DNA of 64,000 nucleotides from a virus: IMG/VR virus record IMGVR_UViG_3300028653_000010; one strand, 5' to 3'. Shown piece by piece: positions 26,673 to 36,719 of this stretch (position 1 is its first letter; each line of letters starts with the position of its first letter). The notes under the pieces were generated by a model. It saw only the letters and a program-made list of their open reading frames with translations, ran no database searches and was not told where the DNA came from. The position numbers and the translations under genes were made by a program.

Positions 26673-29005
26673 TAGATCTTGATGGCAATCTCGGTCATCT
26701 TGACTTCGCAAGCAACGTCCTGCCCACCGAGATTCACCGTCAAAGTGTTTTCGTCAAGGGAGCTGAACTCACGAAACCAGACTTGGCCTACGATCACGCT
26801 GAACTTGATACAGGCCATCTGATACATGAACTGACGAGCCTTCTGGATTGATGCTTTGGCCTTAGCTTCAATCCAGGCCTTGAAGGCAACATCCTTGTTG
26901 ACGGCCTTCGTGTACTCATCACTGGCAAGGTACTTTTCTACCTCTTCCACCGCCGGAGCCATGAGCGCCCCAAGAGACGTTTGCTTCTTCTTGGAGGCGA
27001 ACCTGTCCCGCACATCCGAGACCTTGGGTAGCGACGACTTGAAGCCCGGGATGACAACATCAAGTTGCTTGCCCATGTACTCATCCGTTGCCTCAGCTTG
27101 AGTCGTGTGGGGTGGCGCATAGCCGTTGTAGTTGAACCCTTGTTCGAGCAACCACTTGGCGCCCTCCACCCCGTACTTCTCCTCATCCTTTGCTGAGGCC
27201 TTCTTGGGGAACCTGGAGTCCAGGTATTCCTTGTAGACCTTCTGGTCTGCCTTGGTGCAGAGCAATTGGTACTGAAGCTCGAACAACTCCCTGGCGCTCA
27301 CTGAGGACACCATCTTGCGGTTGATGACCGGAAGGGCGCGCAGGTCAATCACTCCCGTTACGAAGTTGCCAGCCATCGAGATGTTGGAGGGCTTAGCCTC
27401 AGCTGGTAGCAACTCAGCCAACTTCTTGGCTGTCTCCTGAGTAACCCGTACCGGAAGAACTTCAACGTTCACCAGACCGTCCTTGATGATGGTCCTATTC
27501 CTGTAGACAAATGTAGAGAGTACTTTGGGGATCTTCACGTACTCTGGACCTTCAGGAAGACGAGCACTCAAGTCGACAATTCCAGGCATCTTGAGGTTGA
27601 TAGAGACGTTCGGGCGGTTCTCGTTGTAGACAAGATTCGAGATTGAATACCCATCAGGAGCTTTATCGGCTTCGAACTTCAAAGCCTCTTTCTTCGAACC
27701 AAGGATAGCAGCCAACTCCTCTTGGAGTTTCTTGAGATCACTGGCCTTAATTTTGGGCTTGGCCATCTTCGCGTTGATCTCGTCTACTTTGGCTTGCTCT
27801 TCAGGAGTCATGACCTCGTCAGCATCGATACGACTCCGACCGATCTGATTGTACTTGAAGCTCGGGTGATCCAACAGGACGTGGTTATCGTCGTCACTGG
27901 CTAGGAGCCGTAGCAAGTCGAGGATAGTGTAGGCGTCGTCTGCAGGAACCTTGGTGGGGTCATAGCCCTTGGTGTACCGGAGGTCCTTCTTGACAGTCGC
28001 CTCCTTGGCATAGTCCATGAACGAACTATAGAGTTGCTTCCCGAAGCAACAGGCGAACCGTTCGATGAGGTAGACGTCCCCAACACCCTTCAGGAGCGCC
28101 AGGACTACATCCGAGTTCATACGGACTGAGTAAAGCGAGATGGCTGCATAGGAGGCTGCAAGCGCTTCCTCACTGGACTTGTTGTTCAACTTGTCCTTGT
28201 ATGGGTGAGGATCCTCAGCGAGATACCAAAACTCTCGAGTGTCTTCCGGAAGGCTCGCCTTGAAGTCTTCAACCCCGTAGGTGGTCAACTCACCATCCTT
28301 CAGGGTGAACACGAAGCCATTGATAGGCTTCTCTGGGATTCGAACTTCGACCTTAGGGGCGCCAGAAAGCTTCTTTCCCAAAGAAGCTTCGAATGTCGGC
28401 TGGTAGCTGTCGAAGTTTGCAGCGAATAGCAACTGCCCTCCGGACTTTTCAGCCATTGCTGTCAATAATGGGCGGTCAGCGTAGTAGCCGTACTCCACGA
28501 AGGTAGCCGCCGCTAGACCACCAGCAGTCTCCTCGACCGTCTTGAGAATATCCTGGCGAGACCACTGGTTGTCGCAACCATCGGACATGAAGAACAGAGA
28601 GAAGATACTGCCTGGTATCTTACCCTTGATCTCGGTGATTAACTTAGACACCTCCATAAGAGGCTCTTTGAACCCGGTCATCCCAATGGGATTCAACCAC
28701 CGGTCGATAGCTTGATTGACCAAGCTCAAATCGGTCAAAGTAGCCACGGGCTCCGCCTTGAGGAGGACACCGCACTGCCCGCGCCCCGAGAACCAGATAA
28801 TCGAGATCGTGTCCTTTGGACCCAAGAGTTTTGGCAGCTTCTTCTTGAGTTGCTCACGAATCTTAGGAAGTTCCCAAGACATAGAACCGGAGCAATCGAT
28901 TACCGCTATGTGGTTGGTTGCAACATCAACCGACTTGGCCTGAGGAGCTGCCGATACTGTGGTACTCTTTAGGGTAATCCTGTCCGATACTTTGATTTCT
29001 GCCAT
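26672..29005 (-). CDS. large vWA-domain protein
   Basis: MIDAS DCSGSM, GMTGF, FMSDG; long unknown C-terminal region; GGTGTA at 29040-29045. Confidence 0.85.
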   Translation of the reverse strand: MAEIKVSDRITLKSTTVSAAPQAKSVDVATNHIAVIDCSGSMSWELPKIREQLKKKLPKLLGPKDTISIIWFSGRGQCGVLLKAEPVATLTDLSLVNQAIDRWLNPIGMTGFKEPLMEVSKLITEIKGKIPGSIFSLFFMSDGCDNQWSRQDILKTVEETAGGLAAATFVEYGYYADRPLLTAMAEKSGGQLLFAANFDSYQPTFEASLGKKLSGAPKVEVRIPEKPINGFVFTLKDGELTTYGVEDFKASLPEDTREFWYLAEDPHPYKDKLNNKSSEEALAASYAAISLYSVRMNSDVVLALLKGVGDVYLIERFACCFGKQLYSSFMDYAKEATVKKDLRYTKGYDPTKVPADDAYTILDLLRLLASDDDNHVLLDHPSFKYNQIGRSRIDADEVMTPEEQAKVDEINAKMAKPKIKASDLKKLQEELAAILGSKKEALKFEADKAPDGYSISNLVYNENRPNVSINLKMPGIVDLSARLPEGPEYVKIPKVLSTFVYRNRTIIKDGLVNVEVLPVRVTQETAKKLAELLPAEAKPSNISMAGNFVTGVIDLRALPVINRKMVSSVSARELFELQYQLLCTKADQKVYKEYLDSRFPKKASAKDEEKYGVEGAKWLLEQGFNYNGYAPPHTTQAEATDEYMGKQLDVVIPGFKSSLPKVSDVRDRFASKKKQTSLGALMAPAVEEVEKYLASDEYTKAVNKDVAFKAWIEAKAKASIQKARQFMYQMACIKFSVIVGQVWFREFSSLDENTLTVNLGGQDVACEVKMTEIAIKI

Positions 29006-29070
29006 TGGTGCTTGAGTCCTTTCGGTTGGAGAAGGACATTACACCGAGTGATGGGTCAAGTCTATCGGAT

Positions 29071-29316
29071 TTATTCGGGATATGATGTCAACTGGAAGGT
29101 GTTTTCAGCCTTAGGGCCTATCCCATTGCATTGGTCGCAAATGGCTTTAATCACTGTCTTTGGACCCATACATCTGCATTGGCTGATTACCGTGTTACAG
29201 ATACTGCACTCGACGAGGTAGTGCTCTTTGGGATCTGTCGGGATTAGGTCCGCTATTGAATCTACCTCCCCCTTCATGACTCTGGCTACTATGGCGCGAA
29301 CGATAGGGTCCATCAC
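29071..29316 (-). CDS. small Cys-rich protein with IVARV-type N-terminal motif
   Basis: CSIC..CRC..CDQC. Confidence 0.6.
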   Translation of the reverse strand: MMDPIVRAIVARVMKGEVDSIADLIPTDPKEHYLVECSICNTVISQCRCMGPKTVIKAICDQCNGIGPKAENTFQLTSYPE

Positions 29317-29337
29317 CTAGGAGAAACCATAGAAGGA

Positions 29338-29919
29338 CTAGAGCGTAACTTGATTGAACCTTCGAGATGGTCTCAGTGTCAGTGCATGCTCAAGGATACC
29401 GGTGGCCCAAGAGTTCCACCCTTTGGAGGTGGGTAGGCTGCTAGCCAAGGGCAGAATGTACTTGCGCGTGCTGGCGGAGTACCGGTCCCACCAGGCATGA
29501 TCATGCTTTGGGGACTCTCGTAGGTTGCAGGTTCTGTCAATGCACTTGAGCAACTTGACTCGTGGAGTGGAATTGATAAGGCGCGCTAGATAAGCATCCT
29601 TGCTCTCGGTCGTACTTCGAGAGATATCTACCACGTCCATAACGATCTGAGCATCAACACCCTGGAATAGGAGGTCCTCTTCAGTTACAAGAGTCCCCCC
29701 GCGCAGGTAGCCATCTTCTAGGATGTCGTGAATCCAAGCAAATCGAATGAGGTAGTCGGTAACCTGAGCCTCAGGCTTGCAGACCACGAACTCTTCTTGG
29801 ATGACTCGAACCAAGTCTTGGGGGTGAGCCCAAGCAGATCTCGGGGATCCTCCAGGAGGAATACTCTTCCGGAACCCTGTCATCCAGAGTTTAGCTAGGC
29901 GTTCTTCAAGAAGACCCAC
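29338..29919 (-). CDS. HD-domain hydrolase (RelA/SpoT hydrolase/MESH1-like)
   Basis: HP, AWIHDILED, KCIDRTCNL. Confidence 0.75.
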   Translation of the reverse strand: MGLLEERLAKLWMTGFRKSIPPGGSPRSAWAHPQDLVRVIQEEFVVCKPEAQVTDYLIRFAWIHDILEDGYLRGGTLVTEEDLLFQGVDAQIVMDVVDISRSTTESKDAYLARLINSTPRVKLLKCIDRTCNLRESPKHDHAWWDRYSASTRKYILPLASSLPTSKGWNSWATGILEHALTLRPSRRFNQVTL

Positions 29920-29962
29920 GGGAAAATCTCCCGTGACGATTATGACAGATTTGCGCGATGGA

Positions 29963-31057
29963 TCAACCCCAAGAGGTTAATAGCATCTCCTGAAATAGAG
30001 CATCGATCTTCTTCCTGTCTGCTGATAGAGGAAGAGTTGATTTCTTGGCTAGCTCTTGCATCTCGCGATCCATGTCAACTGACATCTTCACTACCTCTGG
30101 ATACTCATACTTACCGTGACGGATCTCTAGTAACTCAGCCGCATCAGGACGTCGAACACGGACTACTCCTTCAGTCAGGATCTCCCTACAAATCCGGAAT
30201 AACCTAACAAGGTGCATGCAATGCTTGGTGTCGTACCCGTATTTAGCCTCGAGTTCAGCCCGAGCTGGGTTACGAGTTTTCTGCCACTCAAGGTAGGCAT
30301 TCCAGTTGTTGAGGGCATTCGTATAATGACGCTCCTTCTCCAGCAATAGGATGAAGTTGGTGTCAAAACCCAACTTGTTGGCAGCCGCTGGATAGAGCTT
30401 GTCGTGGGCCTCATCCCAATTCCACAGGGTGATATCCAAGAGCCGACGGAAGAACTCGTTCTTGATGTCGATCCTAGTCGAAGGATCCACCCCTTCGAGC
30501 TTTCGCCACTCCCACTCATCAACCTGCTTCTGGACAGCTGCTTTGGCAGCCTGAAGTTGGTTGGCTGGAACCTCATCTCGAGTAGGGAGTCCAAACTCTG
30601 TTCGAGTGGGTGGGGCCTTTGGTGGATCCCTCAACCACTTGTAGTGGGTGTTGATCCTCTTCATTTGCTGCATTGCGTAGCCGCTGAAGGAAGATCGACT
30701 ACGCTTGCTCAAGAACAAGTCTCTGTTGTCGAGTAACTTTTGACCGAGCGGGGTTACCAGCAAGTGGTCCTCCGGCTCCGTATAAAGCAACTCAATCACA
30801 TTAGGGTTATTGTCGATAGCCAGCAGGAAGAACTTCCTCAACTCGAAGATCTTCAGGTCCGGTACCTTTTGCTCAAGCTCATCAAAGCGCTCAAAACCCA
30901 AGTGATACCGCTGAGGGGCAATACACACCCCTCGGATATCCATATCACTCTCGGGGAGTGCGGTCCCGTAAGCATGCGACCCATGGCGGGTGAAGTAAAT
31001 GATGGACTCTGGTAACCAGGTGAGGTTACCAGAGTATTCAAACTTGAAGGGAGTCAA
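29963..31057 (-). CDS. Pol-beta-type nucleotidyltransferase (YcgL/RlaP-like)
   Basis: HGSHAYGTALPESDMDIRGV, NNPNVIELL, GYDTKHCMHLVRL. Confidence 0.85.
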   Translation of the reverse strand: MTPFKFEYSGNLTWLPESIIYFTRHGSHAYGTALPESDMDIRGVCIAPQRYHLGFERFDELEQKVPDLKIFELRKFFLLAIDNNPNVIELLYTEPEDHLLVTPLGQKLLDNRDLFLSKRSRSSFSGYAMQQMKRINTHYKWLRDPPKAPPTRTEFGLPTRDEVPANQLQAAKAAVQKQVDEWEWRKLEGVDPSTRIDIKNEFFRRLLDITLWNWDEAHDKLYPAAANKLGFDTNFILLLEKERHYTNALNNWNAYLEWQKTRNPARAELEAKYGYDTKHCMHLVRLFRICREILTEGVVRVRRPDAAELLEIRHGKYEYPEVVKMSVDMDREMQELAKKSTLPLSADRKKIDALFQEMLLTSWG

Positions 31058-31671
31058 TCAGCTGGTTCTCTCTTGGGTGCTGACAAGACCACGGGGGTCT
31101 TTGGGGCTGTCTTGAGCGTGGTACTAATTGGTTCAGGTCTGACCAGATCTGGACAGACAAGGCGCTGGGGAAGCTCGTAAGGGAAGGTTGAGATCCTAGG
31201 CTCACTGTAGACCAACCCAGTCTGATTCACCTTGGTGGGGTTGTTCATCTCCACGAAAGTTCCCTCAGCGTCCGCCGGTGAGTAGAGCCCATTGGGATCA
31301 GCTTGAGGCATGGCAAGCCAATGATCAGTAGCCCGTTTAACGATCTTCTGTGGACTTGTTCGTTGGGTGGCATAGGGCATTGGATATGCCACCGAAGTCT
31401 CAATGAATGTGAAGCACCGGTGGTAGTCACTCCACAGGTAAGTCCAAGTCATGAGTGTTTGATCTCGTTCCTCTAGGATCCGATTCGACATCCGCAACTC
31501 ACGGAAGTTCTTGATCCCGGGCATCCCGATCTTCTCGACGCCCTGCATGAGAAGCGTTTCTTGACGCTTACTTGTGATTTCGTCACTGCTCTGTTGCTGC
31601 GGACCACACGCGACAAATAATGCCCCAAGGAACGAGAACAAGAGGGCTACTACGACATGACTGAATTTCAT
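31054..31671 (-). CDS. lipoprotein
   Basis: Signal peptide with lipobox-like FVAC; PQADPNGLYS. Confidence 0.75.
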   Translation of the reverse strand: MKFSHVVVALLFSFLGALFVACGPQQQSSDEITSKRQETLLMQGVEKIGMPGIKNFRELRMSNRILEERDQTLMTWTYLWSDYHRCFTFIETSVAYPMPYATQRTSPQKIVKRATDHWLAMPQADPNGLYSPADAEGTFVEMNNPTKVNQTGLVYSEPRISTFPYELPQRLVCPDLVRPEPISTTLKTAPKTPVVLSAPKREPAD

Positions 31672-32018
31672 TTGACTGGAATCCTTACTTGTTGTTGACG
31701 AAGTTGGTCAAGGAACTGTTGCAAGTCGAGGGGTAGCTTCGCTTCATCATCGGCGCCTACAGTACCGAGGATGACCCCCGCCAAGGCGTTCTGATGAGGA
31801 GGATCCGCCTGAACGTACTCGGTCTGAAGACGACGCATCTCCTTGACCAAACCGTCCTTGTAGGGCTGACTCTCCTTCTGGGCGATGTAACGAGCATTCT
31901 CCATCGGAGCCCCGAATGCCCGAAGCAAGAAGAACTCGTTACCCTGTATAACCCAGGACAGGGCCAGTATGCCTATGATCATCCCTACAATACTGAAAAC
32001 AATCGCCTTGGTACTCAT
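31668..32018 (-). CDS. membrane-anchored protein paired with the lipoprotein
   Basis: N-terminal TM; 4-nt overlap with the lipoprotein gene; GGTGTA at 32044-32049. Confidence 0.7.
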   Translation of the reverse strand: MSTKAIVFSIVGMIIGILALSWVIQGNEFFLLRAFGAPMENARYIAQKESQPYKDGLVKEMRRLQTEYVQADPPHQNALAGVILGTVGADDEAKLPLDLQQFLDQLRQQQVRIPVK

Positions 32019-32075
32019 CTGGACCTACCTTTTGGGTGATAGTTACACCAAAGTAGCCAGTAGTACAAGAAAAAG

Positions 32076-32546
32076 TTATACCGCGGCGATTCGCCCTTTA
32101 TTGCGTCTGGGCGTGGGTGGTTTTAAGGTAGGCTCAAGATTCTGGCTGACCTGTTCAAGTATGTCCTCTAATTCCAGCTCATCTGTATAGCTGACCCCGT
32201 CATCAAGATCCACGATATCTACTTCGAACGATGAGCCATCGATAACCAAGTACCCAGGATGAAGACCATCGTGGACTTCCCGATGGCAATTGGCGCAGAG
32301 CAGGTGACACTTATCCAATTCAGCCTGGATGACCTCGAATGAAATTATCCGGTCGGAGATGTTGAACTCCTTATTCAGCGGATCTGGATGGTGAAATTCG
32401 AGTGCACCCAAGCACTTTTGGTACCCACAGATCTCGCACTTCCCACCCTTGTAGGCAACCGCCTGCTCTCGGAGAGCCCTTCTTTTCAAGTTGGCTCTCC
32501 GACGTACTTCCCAACTGTCATCGTAATCTTCAGGAGGCATGCACAT
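32076..32546 (-). CDS. HNH endonuclease
   Basis: CEICGY..C..ALEFHH...KCHLLCANCHREVH. Confidence 0.88.
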   Translation of the reverse strand: MCMPPEDYDDSWEVRRRANLKRRALREQAVAYKGGKCEICGYQKCLGALEFHHPDPLNKEFNISDRIISFEVIQAELDKCHLLCANCHREVHDGLHPGYLVIDGSSFEVDIVDLDDGVSYTDELELEDILEQVSQNLEPTLKPPTPRRNKGRIAAV

Positions 32547-32604
32547 AGAGACATTTTATAGATAGAAATTTGGCCAACCTCATCAAGGTAAGTAGGGTGA
32601 CCTA

Positions 32605-32847
32605 ATGCAAATAACACCATTTCATCAGGACGCATTGCGAGTACTTCAATCAGGACCTTGGGACCCAACCACATTTGGAGTTGTCAGTGTTTATGTCACC
32701 GAGGAAGGGAGTCACTTGGAAGCGCACATTGACTTGATGACGGAGAATCCTATTCAGTTCGAGATCGATTGCTACGAGTGGAGAGGGACAATGCTGTATC
32801 TGAGCACCCGCGGTGTCATGAAATGGGTTTTCAAGGCCTTGGATTGA
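32605..32847 (+). CDS. hypothetical protein
   Basis: 80-aa ORF filling the gap. Confidence 0.5.
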   Translation: MQITPFHQDALRVLQSGPWDPTTFGVVSVYVTEEGSHLEAHIDLMTENPIQFEIDCYEWRGTMLYLSTRGVMKWVFKALD

Positions 32848-32872
32848 TAGCACTCGGTGTACCAGTGGGGGC

Positions 32873-33694
32873 ATGACAACAGCAGAACCCGTAGTTAAGT
32901 GGGCCGGTGGTAAGAGACAGATACTTGCCCATATCCGCAGGCGACTATCTAAGAAGATCGCTACCTACTACGAACCCTTCATCGGTGGAGGGGCTGTATA
33001 CTTTGCACTCTACAACCGCAAGGTGTTCGAGCGCGCGGTCATAGCCGATGTGAACCAGGAACTCATTGACACCTATTTGCTACTTGCTGATGGTCGAGTT
33101 GATGAGTTAGTTGCTATCTTGAGGACATATCAGAACAACCGTGAGTTTTTCAATCAGATTAGAGCACTCAACCCATCTGAGCTAACTCAAGTGCTCAGGG
33201 TAGCGCGGTTCCTATTCCTGAACAAGACAGCATTCAATGGGTTGTATCGAGTCAATGGGAGTGGTGGCTTCAATGTCCCATTTGGTGACTATGCAAACCC
33301 AAACTTCTGTGATGCCCAAAGGTTCAGGGAAGCTGCGCGGGCTCTCCAAGGTACACTCATCAAGTGCGTGGACTACGAGAGCGCTATAGCCGATGCCAAG
33401 CCTGGGGACACCATCTATTTCGATCCCCCCTACCTTCCCAAGAGTGAAACTGCAAACTTCACAGCGTACACTGACAAGGGGTTCGGTATTCAAGAGCACA
33501 CTCGACTCGCGCGAGTCTTCAAGGAGAAGGCCGACGCTGGGGTCTCGGTACTACTATCAAACTCTGACACCAAGATAGCTCGAGAACTATATCGGGGCTT
33601 CAGGATCTCACGAGTCCAAGCCGTGAGATCCATCAACAGTGATGGAGACAAGCGCGGCCCCATCGGAGAGCTACTCATCAGCGCTAACCTCTGA
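32873..33694 (+). CDS. dam: Dam-family (D12 class) DNA adenine methyltransferase
   Basis: KWAGGKRQ, YEPFIGGGAV, FNGLYRVN..FNVPFG, YFDPPY. Confidence 0.92.
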   Translation: MTTAEPVVKWAGGKRQILAHIRRRLSKKIATYYEPFIGGGAVYFALYNRKVFERAVIADVNQELIDTYLLLADGRVDELVAILRTYQNNREFFNQIRALNPSELTQVLRVARFLFLNKTAFNGLYRVNGSGGFNVPFGDYANPNFCDAQRFREAARALQGTLIKCVDYESAIADAKPGDTIYFDPPYLPKSETANFTAYTDKGFGIQEHTRLARVFKEKADAGVSVLLSNSDTKIARELYRGFRISRVQAVRSINSDGDKRGPIGELLISANL

Positions 33695-34679
33695 GGTCAG
33701 CTGGAAGATTGCGCTGATTAGCAACCACGTAGTTGTCAATGAGTTCTAGGATCTTCAAGTAGGGGTTGTAGTGTCCCTCCTCTACTTGAGTGGTAAATCC
33801 GGCAGCCTTTGTGTGCCCACCACCCCCATAGAACTTAGCCAATTTAGAGACATCGAAGGCTGTACGACTTCGACAAGAACAGACCAACTTCAGGCCTTTG
33901 CTGAACTCTGTTGACCATTGCTCCCGATCAGGGTCTACTTCATTGTAGTAACTGAATCCGACGACAACGTCTACCTCAGATGCCTCACCGAACATCTCGG
34001 CCGCGTCACTTGAATTGGATGCCCCCTGGAGGATAGCCACTCTGAGACCATTGATACTGGTTCGAAATGAACCACCAACCGCTTTCGTGATCTTGCGCAT
34101 GTGCTCAGCAAACAGCATGTCCCCGACACTCTGGCGGAACTTCCATCGGTCGAGGTCCCCAAAGATTGGAGCCTTCAGGCACTCCTCTTCTCCGAAGAAC
34201 ATCACCCAAGAAGCTTGGGCACAGGATTCAGCCCAACGCGGGCTCTTAGTCTGCCAGGTGTCTCGGATACCAGCCACAAGGGCGAAGTCAGCTACTTCGC
34301 CCATTGGGCCAAGTAGCGGAACCCATACCTCTCGATAGGCTAGGACTGCCCCACAGACTCCAGGTTCTACCTTCTCGTCCGCGAACACCCCATGCTCCCC
34401 GAACTTAGCAACAACATCCTGAGCCCCCTTGTGATGGTCTAGAACAATGGCTCCAGCGTCGACGAACTCCTGAACTCTATCATGTGGAGGAGTGGCGTCA
34501 CAGAACAACATCCCAGGGATAGCTTGGAGGTTAGTATACTCGTTTGTTCCATACTGGAGGAACACAACAGGACGATTGAGAGCATGCTTCAGGATCATAC
34601 CTGAAGCAGTACCGTCAGGGCAGTTCTTGTGAACTAGGATTGTGTGAACGTTGTTAAGGTCTTCGAGAGAGAGCGACAT
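33684..34679 (-). CDS. DHH/DHHA1 phosphoesterase
   Basis: HKNCPDG, LDHHK, GGGGHTKAAGF. Confidence 0.85.
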   Translation of the reverse strand: MSLSLEDLNNVHTILVHKNCPDGTASGMILKHALNRPVVFLQYGTNEYTNLQAIPGMLFCDATPPHDRVQEFVDAGAIVLDHHKGAQDVVAKFGEHGVFADEKVEPGVCGAVLAYREVWVPLLGPMGEVADFALVAGIRDTWQTKSPRWAESCAQASWVMFFGEEECLKAPIFGDLDRWKFRQSVGDMLFAEHMRKITKAVGGSFRTSINGLRVAILQGASNSSDAAEMFGEASEVDVVVGFSYYNEVDPDREQWSTEFSKGLKLVCSCRSRTAFDVSKLAKFYGGGGHTKAAGFTTQVEEGHYNPYLKILELIDNYVVANQRNLPADLRG

Positions 34680-34696
34680 CCCCCTCGGTACACCGA

Positions 34697-35188
34697 CTAA
34701 CGCTCAGACTTCCTCAGTGCATCTTGCTTGGTACGAATCTCGTCAAACAGTATGTTTCTAAGTGACTGAGAGACAATCTTCTCACGCTCTTCTTTGGTGC
34801 TCGAGTACCAAGCGTTCAAGTTCCCCGTACTAGTTAGTCGACTCAACTCAGAGAGTAACTTCTTCTGAAGATCATACTCACCAAACTGAAGTGGAGCTTC
34901 TACAAACTGGTTAGCACTCGGGCTCCGTTCCTCTTCCGGGATCTCTTCAAACTGCTTTGAAAGCTTGGTGGCAACTCTCATAGCCTCCAATGACTTTTCG
35001 AATGCATCAATCGCTTGCTCTTCAAGAGCGGTGTCACCAGCAAAGATAGAGTTGCACAGTAACCTGAAAGCATCGAACCCAGCCATAAAGGCTGTGAATT
35101 GAACCTGAGTTTTCAGCTCAGGCATCGATTGCTTCATAGCCTGAGCCATGATGTTCATTGCGTTGTCGGGAAGCTGTTCAGTAGGCAT
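34697..35188 (-). CDS. hypothetical protein
   Basis: Likely start ATG 35188. Confidence 0.65.
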   Translation of the reverse strand: MPTEQLPDNAMNIMAQAMKQSMPELKTQVQFTAFMAGFDAFRLLCNSIFAGDTALEEQAIDAFEKSLEAMRVATKLSKQFEEIPEEERSPSANQFVEAPLQFGEYDLQKKLLSELSRLTSTGNLNAWYSSTKEEREKIVSQSLRNILFDEIRTKQDALRKSER

Positions 35189-35193
35189 AGTCT

Positions 35194-35499
35194 TCACGAT
35201 ACTGGGGTGTTGGGGGTTGCGTCTGCTAACTTCTTGCAAAAGGCGTCTGCAACCGCCTCAGCCTTCGAGATCGATACACCATAGGCTCTAAAACCAGCTA
35301 CTAGTGTGCCACGAATGAGTTGTAGTGCGGTGTCTTTGTTGCTCATAAGACGAGCGCAAGGTTTGCACAAGGCAACCTCGAAGGGAACCTTACCGCCTGA
35401 CATCCTTGCTATAGCCGCGGTCTCAGTCTCCTTGACCTTGAAGACTTCCAACTCACTGACTTCACGCTCACGACCACAGATAGCGCAATTGTGCTTCAC
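35194..35499 (-). CDS. small Zn-binding protein
   Basis: CAIC...CKPC. Confidence 0.65.
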   Translation of the reverse strand: MKHNCAICGREREVSELEVFKVKETETAAIARMSGGKVPFEVALCKPCARLMSNKDTALQLIRGTLVAGFRAYGVSISKAEAVADAFCKKLADATPNTPVS

Positions 35500-36137
35500 A
35501 CCCTATCTCCGTATTCCCTTAGGATAATCCCATCCAGGGTATCCAAGTCGATCTGTTCAGTACAGACCTTGTCGGCCATGAGCAGAGCAGCACCAATCGG
35601 CATAGTTAGAAGTTGGAGCTTGAACTTTCGGAGCAACAACTCTTGCTCTCGATGAAAGGAGTCAACCACCCTCTTCCTAGGAAGTAACTTGGTTTTTGTA
35701 CTGGAGATCCTATGAGGATGGCAGTAGTGTGGGTCGCTTGTAGCGTAGTAGGACCTGCAGATTAGAGGGCGGGTAGAGTAGACGGTGCACTTGTTATCAG
35801 TACCCAGGAGTGGACAAGGGATCAACGCCCTAAGCCACACCTCAGGAGTCAACTCGAACTGCATTTCAGCTGACTTCTTTAGCTCTTCCTTCAGCTTCAG
35901 CGACCACTTACCCTGCTTGACCAACCACCGGTAGATAGTGATGCCCTCCAGAATCGATATAGCTACTGGATGGTGACAACACCACGCGCAACCAGGAGTA
36001 CAAGTGACAGGTCCTTTTGAGACCTTGAAGTCAAATCGAACCTTGCGCTCGAACTCAGTCATCAGGTTAACTCGAAGCAAGTTCACCTTGTTGACCGAGG
36101 ACTCGATGAGGATGGGAAGGTGGCGTTTACTTGTCAT
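35496..36137 (-). CDS. YkgJ-family cysteine-cluster protein
   Basis: CTPGCAWCC, CPLL...CTVYSTRPLICR. Confidence 0.85.
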   Translation of the reverse strand: MTSKRHLPILIESSVNKVNLLRVNLMTEFERKVRFDFKVSKGPVTCTPGCAWCCHHPVAISILEGITIYRWLVKQGKWSLKLKEELKKSAEMQFELTPEVWLRALIPCPLLGTDNKCTVYSTRPLICRSYYATSDPHYCHPHRISSTKTKLLPRKRVVDSFHREQELLLRKFKLQLLTMPIGAALLMADKVCTEQIDLDTLDGIILREYGDRV

Positions 36138-36654
36138 TCGATTCGAACCCCTTCAAGATTCTTGAGTATCTCGTGTAGGGTTCTGGACTTGGTGCTACTG
36201 CAGCCTTTGCTGCCTTGCGCTTAGCTACGGTTCCAATCGTCTGCTGGACTGTAACTCGAATGACAGAGCCATTCCGATGGGTAGCTAGGATAAGAACCCC
36301 AGGACGAATCTTGCACGCAGGGTTCACGAAGAAGGATCCACCCTCGCGTAGTGGATCACTTGGAATCCAATCAACCCAAGGTTCGAGGACGATCTCACCC
36401 CTCCCAGGAAGCCCAGGGATCACCATCTTCACGAAAGGGCCAGCAGCTGACTTGATCGGAGCAGTCAGTAGCTGCCACTTCTTTGATGGGTTGACGATGA
36501 CCTGAAGATCTTCGGGATTAGTAGTCTCGAACTCACGGGGTAGTTCGACGCGTTCACCAAGCTGATTGAACAGGGCTACTACGCGAGCTGCCCTGTCGTA
36601 GCTTAGAATGAACCATCGCTGGTCCTTGTAGTTTACGAGATCACCTACGTCCAC
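36127..36654 (-). CDS. hypothetical protein with C-terminal TRYSRI motif
   Basis: GTG 36654 lies 10 nt after GGTGTA (36665-36670). Confidence 0.65.
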   Translation of the reverse strand: MDVGDLVNYKDQRWFILSYDRAARVVALFNQLGERVELPREFETTNPEDLQVIVNPSKKWQLLTAPIKSAAGPFVKMVIPGLPGRGEIVLEPWVDWIPSDPLREGGSFFVNPACKIRPGVLILATHRNGSVIRVTVQQTIGTVAKRKAAKAAVAPSPEPYTRYSRILKGFESNDK

Positions 36655-36719
36655 AATGGGAGTATACACCATCGGAGGAGGGGCCAAAAGATAATCTTGG
36701 CCCCGTGGGCTAGGCTAGT

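Noticed and set aside
32856-32872. GGTGTA as an extended Shine-Dalgarno
   Set aside because: Distance to start codons ranges from 8 to over 60 nt, and genes with long leaders have a separate SD. A promoter fits better, although this is not proven.
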